Shown: piece by piece, positions 54,101 through 64,000 of the stretch | How positions within the stretch are numbered: the stretch's first letter is position 1 | How the letters are laid out: each line of letters starts with the position of its first letter | Assembly (NCBI GenBank): GCA_963833305.1 | Contig: CAWHXN010000008.1 | Location: 171,572 to 235,571, forward strand | Reading direction: 5' to 3' | Length of the DNA: 64,000 nucleotides | From: an uncultured Acidobacteriaceae bacterium | GTDB lineage: Bacteria > Acidobacteriota > Terriglobia > Terriglobales > Acidobacteriaceae | Translations under genes and position numbers: made by a program | Notes under the pieces: model-generated | The model's database searches: none | What the model saw: the letters and a program-made list of their open reading frames with translations, nothing else | Told to the model about the DNA's origin: nothing

Positions 54101-57100
54101 CCCATCGACAGCACCCGCAGCAGGAAGCGCCGGTCAAAGACGTATGGCTCCTTGTCGAGCGTGCTGCGCAACTCGTCGATGCGCCGATCTACTTCCTCCC
54201 CCAGCACGGAATGCCCGTTGGCGGCGCGGCCCCGCCAGCCTTCCAACATTGTCAGCTCTTCGCGTCGGGCATGGTCGACGTGATATGCCGAAATGAGTTC
54301 CGCAAAGGAGTCGTAGCCGGGAAAGGCAGAGCCGAAAATTACGCCCGTGTCGTCACGCATAGCATCCGGCAATCCCCAGCGATCCGGCAACTGCGTGCCT
54401 TTGCTGGTGGTTTTGTACCGCATGACCAGCGGAATGCCGGCGTCACGCAGAGCGTCGATTCCGGCGGCGATAGCCAGACGGGTCACCCGGTCGAGGGCCG
54501 CCAGATGTTCCGAGGGAACTCCGAATTCACTTTCCAGATCGAAGGCGCCGCCGCGGCCGGCCAGCTTAATGACATCGGCGACATCGTTAATCGACTCGAA
54601 CGTGGCCTCTCCCTGTTCGCTCTTGACCAGGCGCCGAATGTGCTTTTCCACCATGGCATTGCGGAACTGCTTAGGGATGGCGCTGATAAATTGATCACCG
54701 CGCAAGATGCGCTCAATGTTGCCATCGTCGAAAATATGCTCGGTTCCCGGTAGGCCTAACGACGCTCCGGTGATGACCACCGGGGCGTAGCCGGCGACCG
54801 GGCTATCGTCGCGATGAAGCTGCCAGCCCTTGCGCTCCAGAGTCTCGGCCAGCAACCGACCAAGCTCGTTGTACGAATTACCATTCGCGGGCTCAGGCGG
54901 CGCCGTTACAGCAGTGGGAGCTGCTGCGGCCAGCGGAGTTGCTTTGGCATAGTTTACAGCTGCCGAAATTGTCGCCTGTGCAATCGCAGGTTTCGCCGGA
55001 ATCTCGCGTGAGACTTCAGCCTGCCCACGGCCCAGACCTGCCGCGTACAGCGCGCATAGGGCTTGATTGAAGGACGGAATATCTCCGACCTTGGGATGGT
55101 TGGTGAACAGCGAAATCACGTCGCCTCGTTCGCCCAGCACTTCCTCGGCAAATCCCTGCAACGCCTTCTTCGGCCCGACTTCGATGAAGACACGAGCTCC
55201 GGCGTTGTACAAGGTGTTCAGGCCTTTCACAAACTGCACCGGCGAGGCTACTTGCAAAGCCAGCAGATCCAGGATCTGCGGAACCACGTCAGGTCCGGTG
55301 GGATAAAACTCGCCATTCACGTTGGCGACGATTGGAATCTTCGGGGATTGAATATCCAGGGTAGCCAGCATCTCGCGCAGTGGTTGGCTGGCGGGAGCCA
55401 CAATCGAGGTGTGGAAAGCGTGGCTCACCGGCAACGGAACGACGTTGAAGCCGGCTTGCAGGAACATCTCCATCGCCTGCTCAACGGCTTTGCTGGCGCC
55501 TCCAATGACCGACTGTTGCCCGCTGTTTACGTTGGCGATCACCGCATACCCGTCAACGGTCTTCAGGATTTGCTCGACTTCCGCCAAGGGCGCAAATACC
55601 GCGGCCATGCGGCCGGTATCCTCCACCGCAACCTTGGTCATGCCGCGGCCACGGGCGCTAACGGCGGCTAACGCATCGTCGAAGGTCAGCGACCCTGATG
55701 CCACCAGGGCGCCGTATTCGCCCAGGCTATGTCCCATGGTCATGTCTGGCTTTACCCCATACGCTGCCAAAAGCTGGGTGAGCGCCAAGTCAATCGTCAA
55801 CACGGTCGGTTGCGTGATCTCGGTCTGGCGCAGATCTTCTTCAGCTTTTGCCACCGCTTCTTCGTCGGTTTGATCCACGAAGATGAACTCCGTCAGTGGC
55901 TTGCCCAGCATCGGAGTCATGATGCGATCCGCTTCCGTAAAAATGTCGGCCACGATCGGTTCGGCGGCGCGCAGCGGCGCGATCATATTCACGTACTGTG
56001 AGCCTTGCCCGGTATACAGAAACGCGACTTTGGGAGCCGGGCCGCGTCCGCGAAAAATTCCCTGCGGACGCAGTGCTTTCCAGATCGGTGCCTGATTGGC
56101 TTTCAGCGCCTTCAATGCCTTGGTTGCTTTGTCAGCCAGCTCGGCCGCATCGGCATAGTCGATTGCCAGGCGTTCAGGCGCTTTCAGGTCGGCCTCGGCT
56201 GGGGCAGCCGGTGCAGGAGCACGACCCGCTAGTGCTTCTTTCTGGATCGCAACCAGACGCTCGATAATGGCAGCGTCGGAGTCGGCGCCGATTACCAGCG
56301 CGCCCCGCAACGGTGCTTTGCACGATTGTGCAGATGCCGGAGCAGATGCCGCCTCAGCACTTGCCACTAAGCTCGGGATTACTGCCGCCGGTACCTCACC
56401 CACGGCTACCGAATGCTTGCCGTTTCCGTTCAGCCTGCCGGGAATGTACTCCTCAAGAACAGCGTGGAAGTTCGTACCTCCGAATCCAAATGCGCTCACC
56501 GCGGCTCGCCGCGGGACATCAGCAGGAACAGTCCATTCCTTCAGTTTGGTGTTGACATACAGCGGGGAGTGAGCAAAGTCGATGTCGGGACTGGGATGCT
56601 CGCAATGCAGGCTCGGAGGCAATACCTTGTCGCGAAGGGCCAACGCAACTTTCAGCATTCCGGCGGCGCCGGCCGCGCCCTTCAGGTGACCAAAATTCGA
56701 TTTGACGGAGCCCAAAGCAATCGAGCCTTGGGGAAGATGAAAACTGCTCAACACGTCAACCAGGCTTTGCGCCTCTACCACGTCGCCGACGCGAGTCGAG
56801 GTGCCGTGGCCTTCAAACATAGTCGCAGTCGCCGGCGATATGCCGGCATTGTCCCAGGCTCGCTGGATGCAAAACCGCTGGCCAGTGGGATTGGGCGCGG
56901 TGATGCCCTTACCCTTGCCGTCACTCGATCCGCCCATGCCGCGCAGCACGGCATAAATTTTGTCGCTGTCGCGCTCCGCATCGGCCAGGCGCTTCAACAG
57001 AAAGATGGCCGCGCCTTCGCCCATCACAAAGCCGTCAGCGCCCTCAGCATAAGGGCGAGTACCGGTGGCCGAGAGGGCGCCAATCTTGCAGAACTTTATG

Positions 57101-57858
57101 AAGCTTGAGGCTCCCATGTTGCGGTCAATGCCGCCTACAACGGCCACGTCAAAATCGTTCTCGATCAGTCCTTCCGAAGCCGCACTGAAAGCCGCCATCG
57201 CCGAAGCACAAGCCGCGTCTACCACGTAGTTGGGACCGTGAAAGTTGTAAATATTCGCGATGCGACCGGCGATGCAGTTGGCCAGTTCGCCCGGCATGGT
57301 GTCTTCCGTAACTGCGGGGACCAGCAGCCCGATGCGTTGATGCAATTCTTCCGTTATTTTGCGACGTGTGTTCTCGGGCAACGCTGCGAAGCTGGCGCCT
57401 TCCGCCAGTTCGTGGGCGTACTCCGGGAAGTACAGGCGCAATGCGGTGAAGTAGTGTTTTTCGCCGGCCATGGCATTGCCCAGAATCACCGCCGTGCGGT
57501 CCGTATTTAGCGGCTTATTCGGATAGCCGTAATCTTCCAGGGCCTCGCGGGTGCAGGCGATCGCCCACTTCTGGGCATCATCCATGGCGTCGACTACGCG
57601 CGGTGGAACAGCGATGTGCCACTTCATCGGCTCCCACGGGAATTCGCGCACCCAACCACCGATCGTCGAGTACGTCTTGTCGGGAGCGCTGTGATCGGGA
57701 TCGTAATAAAACGCAGAGTTCCAGCGGTCGGTTGGAACTTCGCTGACACTGTAACGGCTGTTCTTAATGTTTTCCCAGAAAGCCGGTACGTTCGGAGCGT
57801 CGGGCAGGACAGCGCCCACCCCCACAATCGCAATCGCGCGATGAGCAGAATCTTCCAT
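48158..57858 (-). CDS. pfa-like iterative type I fatty-acid/polyketide megasynthase: KS - AT - KS' - 6 x carrier domain - KR - PS-type DH (two frame breaks as given)
   Basis: Track ORFs 52906..57867 and 48158..53095, plus a 280-nt bridge in the third frame ('[24 protein letters not shown]...') read as one protein of about 3,230 aa. Domain map (nt): KS 56452-57837 (DAACAS, HGTST, SNFGH); AT 55153-56034 (GHSLGE, HAFH); KS' about 53250-54786 (NAACASG, SHETYT, GMTGHAM); carriers 50783-52783; KR 49136-50578 (VVTGAAGSIV, YSAAN); DH 48161-49042 (LYDHRIDGTPVLPG). The likely start is ATG 57858, with AAGGAAG 8 nt upstream. Confidence 0.85.
50783..52783 (-). repeat. six tandem carrier-protein (ACP-like) coding repeats, period about 345 bp
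   Basis: Units at about 52544-52783, 52196-52435, 51848-52087, 51500-51739, 51155-51394 and 50783-51022. Each is '[78 protein letters not shown]' (unit 6 is diverged), separated by Ala/Pro/Ser/Thr linkers. Confidence 0.95.
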
Positions 57859-58383
57859 GGCTGACACTTCCTTTTGCGGATGTTTCGAACCTAGACGAAT
57901 AGGCGGCTATCGGACGCAATGGGCAGCAGCATCGAGGTGGGGTCTTATCCCTTCCTCTCCACACCGGAGGAAGGCGGCACTCACCAGGCCTGTTAATTCG
58001 GGGGTCGCCCGAGAGCATCTCTATCCTGACAGGGGCGCGGCGGACTTGTCTGTGACATGATGTCCTGCAGTTTGTGACGTATGTTGCTCGGGTTGGTGAT
58101 ATCGGGCGCAATCGAAGCCGGGTTTATGTGTGTCAACATATAAATCAAGCTGCTCACTGCAACTCTTTCGGCGGGGCCAATCAGGGAAATCGTGTTGCCA
58201 CACGTTATTATTAAATCAATATTGCATTCCGCAATGAGAGAATGCGGTAACGCGCGTTGTCACACATAAGTTACGGCGATGTTAAATCGAACGTTGCCGG
58301 GGAGTCAGGCCATTGCTTTTGCCAACCGGCGAAAAAGGCATTCGGTCCGTGAGGAAGCGGATCGAATGCCTTCTCTCGATCGA

Positions 58384-60069
58384 CTAAACCAGGACCGGCT
58401 GTTCGGCTTCCTTCTTCACCCGGCTGTAGATCACGTCAGCGACGTAATCCATGTCGGCAAGTTGGCCCGCTTGCGCCTGCAGTACCGCGGCTAATCCCGA
58501 ACTTGCTTCCAGCGCCGCGATATCAGACCCGCTCACGCCATCGGCTCCGATGACCCAGCGCAATCCGTCTTGCGCCACTTTGAGGGCGGCATCGCGAGCG
58601 AAGATGCGTGCCAGTGCAGCCAGTGCGGTCGCATCGAAGCGCGCGTGGGCTTTCTCGTTCAGCTTTCCTTCGGCCGCCAGCGCCGCGCGCCGAGCCAGGC
58701 TGCCGGCGCACTCTGCGTAAGCAATTAACTCGCCCAGGCGAAGCAGGATATGCTGGAAACGGGTCAGGCGTGCAACCCGCGCTTTTTCCATCACCTCGGC
58801 CAGGGCGTGCGCGGCCAGGGCGGCCGTGCCGGCGCCGACGTTCGGATGCTTGGCGTGCAGCGCTTCGAGCTCGCGGGCCTGGTCGTGATAGTACTGACCA
58901 CGCGTCTTCAGGTGCAGCTGCCAGCGGTCACGACTGATCGTCATCTCCATGATCTCGGAGGTGCCTTCGTAGATCCTGGTGATGCGAACGTCGCGGCTGA
59001 TCTTCTCTACCATGTATTCGTGCGTGTAGCCATACCCGCCTAACGCCTGAATACTGTCGTCAGCGGCCTTATCGCCTGCTTCCGTCGCCATGTACTTGGC
59101 GATGGCGCCCTCGGTGTTCAGAGTGCCTTCCCCGCCAGCGTCGATGCCAAGAGCGGTTTCTTCGATGTAGGAGCGGGCTGCTTCCAGGCGAACCACGTTA
59201 GGAACGATCAGCTTATGCGTGTAGCCTTGCTTTTCCGACAAGGGCGCGCCGGCCTGAATACGCTTGGTGGAATAAAGAATGGCGCGATCAAGAGCGCTCC
59301 ATCCGGCTCCCAGACCGAACGCGGCAACCATCACGCGCGTGTAACCGAAGACCAACTGCGCCTGCACCAAGCCCTGGCCTTCTACGCCGCCGACCAGGCG
59401 GTCGGCGTCCACGTACACATCGTTGAGAGCCAGCGCTGCCGTGTTGCTCAGACGAATGCCATGCTTGTCCTCCGGCTTATCGTGAGCAAAGCCTTTAGTC
59501 CCCGCATCTACAATGAACCAGGTCGGACCCGCGGGGGTGTTGGCCAGGATGGTGTAATGCTCAGCAATGCCCCCGTTGCTGATCCACTGCTTGCTGCCAT
59601 TGATCTTGTAGCCGACAATCTTGCCGTTCTCGATGACGCGGTCGGCGGTGGTCTTCAGCGCTCCCAGATCGCTGCCGGCTTCGGGCTCGGTTGCGCCGTA
59701 GGCGAACAGAACGCCCTCTTCGGCGATCTTCCCCAACCACTTCTTCTTCTGCTCCTGGGTGGCGCCGAACGTTATGGGATCGCTCCCCAGGAAAGTGGCA
59801 AACAAAGAGGTGGCGACGCCCAGGTCAATCCGCGCCATTTGTTCGCAGATGAGATAGACGTCAAGTGTGCTTCCGCCCATGCCGCCGTACTCCTCCGGAA
59901 TGAACAGGAGCTGGGTACCGAGTTTATCCGGGTTGCTCATGTACCGAACGATCTCTACTGGGCATTCATCGCGCTCATCTAACGCGATCAGCTCTTCGTC
60001 CGGCAGGCTCTTCTTGGCGAAATCCCGGAGCGATTTCAAACTTAGTTGCAGGGTTTTCTTGGTAAGCAT
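58384..60069 (-). CDS. acyl-CoA dehydrogenase with C-terminal extension
   Basis: 561 aa. '[11 protein letters not shown]' and '[31 protein letters not shown]' (catalytic Glu region), plus an extra helical tail of about 170 aa. Confidence 0.9.
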   Translation of the reverse strand: MLTKKTLQLSLKSLRDFAKKSLPDEELIALDERDECPVEIVRYMSNPDKLGTQLLFIPEEYGGMGGSTLDVYLICEQMARIDLGVATSLFATFLGSDPITFGATQEQKKKWLGKIAEEGVLFAYGATEPEAGSDLGALKTTADRVIENGKIVGYKINGSKQWISNGGIAEHYTILANTPAGPTWFIVDAGTKGFAHDKPEDKHGIRLSNTAALALNDVYVDADRLVGGVEGQGLVQAQLVFGYTRVMVAAFGLGAGWSALDRAILYSTKRIQAGAPLSEKQGYTHKLIVPNVVRLEAARSYIEETALGIDAGGEGTLNTEGAIAKYMATEAGDKAADDSIQALGGYGYTHEYMVEKISRDVRITRIYEGTSEIMEMTISRDRWQLHLKTRGQYYHDQARELEALHAKHPNVGAGTAALAAHALAEVMEKARVARLTRFQHILLRLGELIAYAECAGSLARRAALAAEGKLNEKAHARFDATALAALARIFARDAALKVAQDGLRWVIGADGVSGSDIAALEASSGLAAVLQAQAGQLADMDYVADVIYSRVKKEAEQPVLV

Positions 60070-60085
60070 TGACGATGCCTTTCTC

Positions 60086-61069
60086 TTAGACCGAAACGCC
60101 TTTGGCTTCGCGGATCTTGTTGGTCAGCTCCGGCAAAAATTCCAGAATGTCGGCGACAATTCCAATGTCTGCCACCTGAAAAATTGGAGCTTTTGGATTC
60201 TTGTTGATGGCGACGATGAAGGGATTGCCTTTAAGGCCGGCCAGATGTTGGAACGATCCACTCATGCCGCAAGCCATATAGATCTTCGGCTTGACGGTCT
60301 GTCCCGAGGAGCCCACCTGACGGGATTTCGGCAACCACTTGGCGTCGACCACTGGCCGCGAACAGCTCACCGCCGCACCCATGATTTCAGCCAGCTCTTC
60401 GGCGATGGGTATGTTGTCCTTTTCCTGGATGCCTCGTCCCACGGAAACCAGCACTGCCTGTTTGGTGATGTCGACATCGCCGGTCTCGGCAACCACGGTT
60501 TCCAGATAACGGCGTTTCGCGGACAGCGCCCCAACCTCGGCGGACTTGTCGACCACGGCCCCGCTAAGAGGAGGGCCTTCCAGCGGCTTGAAAGAGCCGG
60601 GACGGGTTGTAAGCACCGCGCCCGAGGAGAGATCGCAGCGCACGTGAGCGCTAACCTGTCCGCCGAATTCCTGGCGAACCAGCTTCAGCGAAGTACCATC
60701 CACTCCGTCGATGGCAACGACGTCAGAAACAAAAGCCGAATTGAGCTTGATCGAAAGACCCGGCGCCAAATCGATTCCGAAGTGAGAGTGGGGAACCAGC
60801 ACGATGCTGTCGCGCGGGATGACTTTGACCAGGGCTTGGCGAACCAATTCAGCATTGGGATAGGCGATCGCCTGATTGGCGACTTTCCATACCTCGGCGT
60901 ACGAAGAACGGAGGCTTTCGCAGACCGTGTCGAGTTCGGGACCCCATCCGGCTACGACGGCAATCGGGGAGGCAGCAGCGTCGATCTTTCTTGCGGCAGC
61001 TGCCAGTTCGGCGGCCGAGTCGTCGGCCACGCCGGCCTTGTGCACAATGTAGGCAAAGATGCGAGCCAT
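60086..61069 (-). CDS. etfA: electron transfer flavoprotein alpha subunit
   Basis: 327 aa. C-terminal FAD-binding '[30 protein letters not shown]...[23 protein letters not shown]'. Confidence 0.9.
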   Translation of the reverse strand: MARIFAYIVHKAGVADDSAAELAAAARKIDAAASPIAVVAGWGPELDTVCESLRSSYAEVWKVANQAIAYPNAELVRQALVKVIPRDSIVLVPHSHFGIDLAPGLSIKLNSAFVSDVVAIDGVDGTSLKLVRQEFGGQVSAHVRCDLSSGAVLTTRPGSFKPLEGPPLSGAVVDKSAEVGALSAKRRYLETVVAETGDVDITKQAVLVSVGRGIQEKDNIPIAEELAEIMGAAVSCSRPVVDAKWLPKSRQVGSSGQTVKPKIYMACGMSGSFQHLAGLKGNPFIVAINKNPKAPIFQVADIGIVADILEFLPELTNKIREAKGVSV

Positions 61070-61866
61070 TAGTTCATCCCTCCTTTGGCCTTCATCAATT
61101 CGATTAGCTTGTCGATGATTTCTTCCTGGCTGCCCTGCAGCATTTCGGCACCCTTGCCCAGCGCAGGTAGGAAGTAATCGGTGCGCTTGACCTTGGCTCC
61201 GGCTGCCCCAACAGAGGCTGTGTCAACTCCCAGGTCGGAGGCCCCAAAGGTAGGAATTTCCACGGATGCTACCTGCCGGATACCGCGCATGCCGACATAA
61301 CGCGGTTCGTTAATACCGGTCTGAATCGACAGCACACAAGGCAGATCGATCTCGTTCATCTCCCGATTGCCGCCTTCGATTTCGCGGCTGATTTTCAGCT
61401 TGCCGCCATCGAGCACGGAGATGGAATTCACCAGCGACGCAAAGGGATAATCGAGCAGCGCCGCCAGCATGCCGCCCACCTGGGCGCCACCATCTTCGGC
61501 CTGGATGCCAGTCAAGATCAGGTCGAAATGATTCTTCTGCACGAAAGCTTTCAGGATTGTCGCGATGCCGCGTCCGTCCGATCCGGTGAAGCCGTCATCG
61601 GATATCAGGACGCCCTGGTTTGCACCCATCGCCATTTCCCGCCGCAAAACTTCTTCATCCTCGTCGGTGCCAACGGTCACGACGGTGACATTTCCCCCGG
61701 CATTGGCGGCGATCTGGATGGCCTCTTCGACGGCATAGTTGTCCGGCTCGTTCACCGAATAAACCAGGTCGTCACGTTCAATATCGTTTCCGGCACTGTT
61801 GAGTTGAATCTCGTTCTCCGAAGTGTCGGGTACTCTTCTGACGCAAACTAGAATTTCCACATTCAT
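61069..61866 (-). CDS. etfB: electron transfer flavoprotein beta subunit
   Basis: 265 aa. 'ILVCVRRVPDTSE' and 'DLILTGIQAEDGGAQVGGMLA'. The stop overlaps the etfA start. Confidence 0.9.
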   Translation of the reverse strand: MNVEILVCVRRVPDTSENEIQLNSAGNDIERDDLVYSVNEPDNYAVEEAIQIAANAGGNVTVVTVGTDEDEEVLRREMAMGANQGVLISDDGFTGSDGRGIATILKAFVQKNHFDLILTGIQAEDGGAQVGGMLAALLDYPFASLVNSISVLDGGKLKISREIEGGNREMNEIDLPCVLSIQTGINEPRYVGMRGIRQVASVEIPTFGASDLGVDTASVGAAGAKVKRTDYFLPALGKGAEMLQGSQEEIIDKLIELMKAKGGMN

Positions 61867-61924
61867 TCTCCCGGTTGCTTTTCGTTTCCACTGTCCACGT
61901 TCGTCGAACCTCCCGTCGCAGGGA

Positions 61925-64000
61925 TCAAGCTGTTACGGATTCCGCTAGCTGCTCGACTCTTTCTTTTCCATTAGCCGGTTCACGTGCTACGTGCTGGTCG
62001 ACCAACTCCGTCAAGTCGATGGCCGTCATCTTTCCTTCCATACCGGCGACCTTGATGGCGTCTTCCATATTCACCATGCAGAACGGGCAGGCAGTCACAA
62101 TCACGTTTGCCCCGGCTTCAGCGGCCATTTGAACCCGCTTGACGCCCATCCGCATGTCTTCTTTCGGTTCGTAGAACAGCATCAACCCGCCACCACCACA
62201 GCAGAAGGACCGGTCGCGGCAGCGGCTCATCTCAACCCGCTTCAGACCAGGAATCGCATCGATCACATCGCGCGGATCGTCGTAGACCAGGTTATGCCGG
62301 CCCAGGTAACAGGGGTCATGATAGGCATAAACGTTGTCCGCGTTCTCTACCCGATTGAGTTTCAGGTTGCCGGTCTTAATTTCCCGGGCCATCACCTGGC
62401 TGATGTGCTCGACCTGCGGCATATCTTTATAGTCATGTTTCAGCGCGTTAAAGGCATGGGGATCGGAGGTGACGATGCGCTTTACACCCGATGCCTTGAT
62501 GGCTTCGACATTGTTGTCGCGCAGAGCCATGAAGAGCGTTTCTTCGCCGAAGCGGCGAACGTCGTGACCGCTGTCTTTTTCGGCCGCGCCCAGAATCCCG
62601 AAGTTCGCACCGACCTGGTCGAGAATTCTTGCGGTCGCGCGTCCGATCGCCTGGATACGGTCGTCATAAGACGTGATGCTGTCGACGAAGTACAGCGTGT
62701 CTGCCGTGTTCTTACCATCCAGAATTTTGACGCTGCAGGTTGGCTGAAACTCTTTGTCCTTGGTCCAGTCGGCCTTCTTCTTCTCCATCTTGCCGTAAGG
62801 ATTGCCGCGGCTCTCCAGGGCCTTCAGCGCTTTCTGGATCGACTTCGGCACATTTCCGTCGTCGACCAAGCCGCGCCGCAGATCGACAATCTTGTCGATG
62901 TACTCGATCAGCAACGGGCACTCTTCCTCGCAAGCGCCGCAGGTGGTGCAGGACCAGACTTCATCTTCGGAATAAATGCCTTCCGGCAGAAACTAACGGC
63001 GTGCCGTTGCCCACTTTGCCGAACATCGGAAAATGCTGGAAGGTATAGTCCCTGGCCTTGATGGTGAGGAACCTTGGTGACAGAGGCCTGCCCACCGCAT
63101 TGGCCGGGCAATTGTCAGAGCATCGCCCGCAATCGGCGCAGGAATAGAAATCGAGCATGTGCTTCCAGGTAAAATCTTCCAGCGTTTTCACGCCGAAGGA
63201 TTTCACTTGGTCCAGATTCTCATCGCTGACGCCCCAGCGGACCGGCTTGACGGTTCCCTTGTCCAACTTTGCGAAGTACACGTTGAACAGCGACGTCTCC
63301 ACATGGAACTGAATTCCGAATGGCCGATAGCACAACAGGAAGTAAAACGTCAGCACATCGAGAATGTAGGCGCCGCGGTGCAGATTCCAGAGGGTAGATG
63401 GAGACGCCGAATTGAGAGCGTTCTTCAACATCCACGGCAGCGACAGAACGGACAAGAATTCGACCTGACCTTGCTGTGCGAGAAGAGCGGCCCGGCTGGC
63501 TTCAAACAGGCTTTCCGACAGCATCAAAACTGCGATCAGCGCCAGCAGGAAAATGGCGTCGACTTTGTGTCCTTTGCCATACTTGGCCGGGACTTCGTAG
63601 CGCGCAGGTTTGAAGACGATCCGACGAGTCGCCGCTGCCACCATGCACACGAAAACAATCGTCGAGCAATAGTCGGTGACGATCCCGTAAATACGACCTA
63701 TTTCTCCAGACGAAGCCGACGCGCCAAAACTCTCGGACATGCCGAGGATCAACAGAGAGAACGCACGCGTCGCCAGCAAGATGAAGCAGGTAAAGATGAG
63801 GATGTGTATCGTCCCCGCAACCCGGTAGCGCGGATGCTTCCACTGCCCAAACCAATATTTCGCAATCCTCTCCAACCGCGCCAGCGGCCGATCAAAGCGA
63901 ACATCTGGGTTGCCGCGCACCAGCGGGGTTAGCCGCTTCGCGACGATGTAGGAGAAACATCCGAGACCGACAAGGTTCAGGAACACGAACAGAGCTTGTC
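61925..64000 (-). CDS. membrane-bound Fe-S oxidoreductase (cytochrome-b-like TM domain + 2x[4Fe-4S] + 2 CCG domains; HdrD/DsrK-like, candidate Etf:quinone oxidoreductase), 5'-open at window edge, one frame break
   Basis: TM-rich N-part (62961..63986 ORF, open to 64000). 'CADCGRCSDNCP' and 'CTTCGACEEECP' ferredoxin motifs. 'DPCYLGR' and 'FCCGGGG' CCG-domain motifs. The two halves join if one nt is removed at about 62984 ('gccGgaaggc'). Confidence 0.8.

Noticed and set aside
48158-57867. Calling the locus a canonical EPA/DHA-type PUFA synthase (pfaA-E)
   Set aside because: Only a PfaA-like protein and a PPTase are present. There is no PfaB, PfaC (KS-CLF-FabA DHs) or PfaD (ER) in the window. 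An extra KS' domain, Thr-type carriers and a fused carboxylase do not fit the canonical system.
58051-58263. TGTGAC hexamers as CRP/FNR-type operator
   Set aside because: No TGTGA-N6-TCACA dyad is present. Three hexamer hits in about 500 bp could be chance. I kept it only as a low-interest note within the promoter-region finding.

Overview
GC-rich bacterial chromosomal window with no rRNA, tRNA, CRISPR array or transposase that I could find. The gene content and an intergenic 'TTGTCATCC..GGATCTGC' repeat family look Acidobacteria-like to me, but I cannot verify taxonomy without a search.

Layout, left to right:
1. ECF sigma / zinc anti-sigma pair, next to small redox and secreted-protein genes (DUF1223-like, Met/Asp pentapeptide-repeat protein, molybdopterin oxidoreductase plus cytochrome b561-like subunit).
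2. TolC-HlyD-MFS tripartite efflux operon.
3. Glycogen phosphorylase.
4. A minus-strand operon: dihaem cytochrome c, N-terminal-haem outer-membrane beta-barrel, cupredoxin and two unknown proteins (419 aa secreted; 834 aa membrane-anchored).
5. A respiratory supercluster: Rieske/cytochrome b/cytochrome c complex plus caa3-type oxidase.
6. A complete pentose-phosphate locus (tkt, gnd, zwf, HAD, tal, pgi, rpiA) and a GH63-like glucosidase.
7. The most interesting part, 41.7-64 kb on the minus strand: acyl-CoA dehydrogenase, EtfBA and a membrane Fe-S oxidoreductase, followed by a roughly 3,230-aa pfa-like iterative megasynthase (KS-AT-KS'-6 carrier domains-KR-DH), a 1,873-aa single-chain biotin carboxylase/carboxyltransferase, and a PPTase.

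All six carrier domains have Thr where the phosphopantetheinyl Ser should be. No PfaB/C/D-type partners are present in the window.

Major caveat: many otherwise well-conserved genes are broken by single-nucleotide frame changes, often in homopolymer runs (at least 35 by my reading, concentrated at 21-28 kb and 32.6-40.5 kb). I read these as probable sequencing or assembly indels rather than decay, and I annotate whole genes across them.
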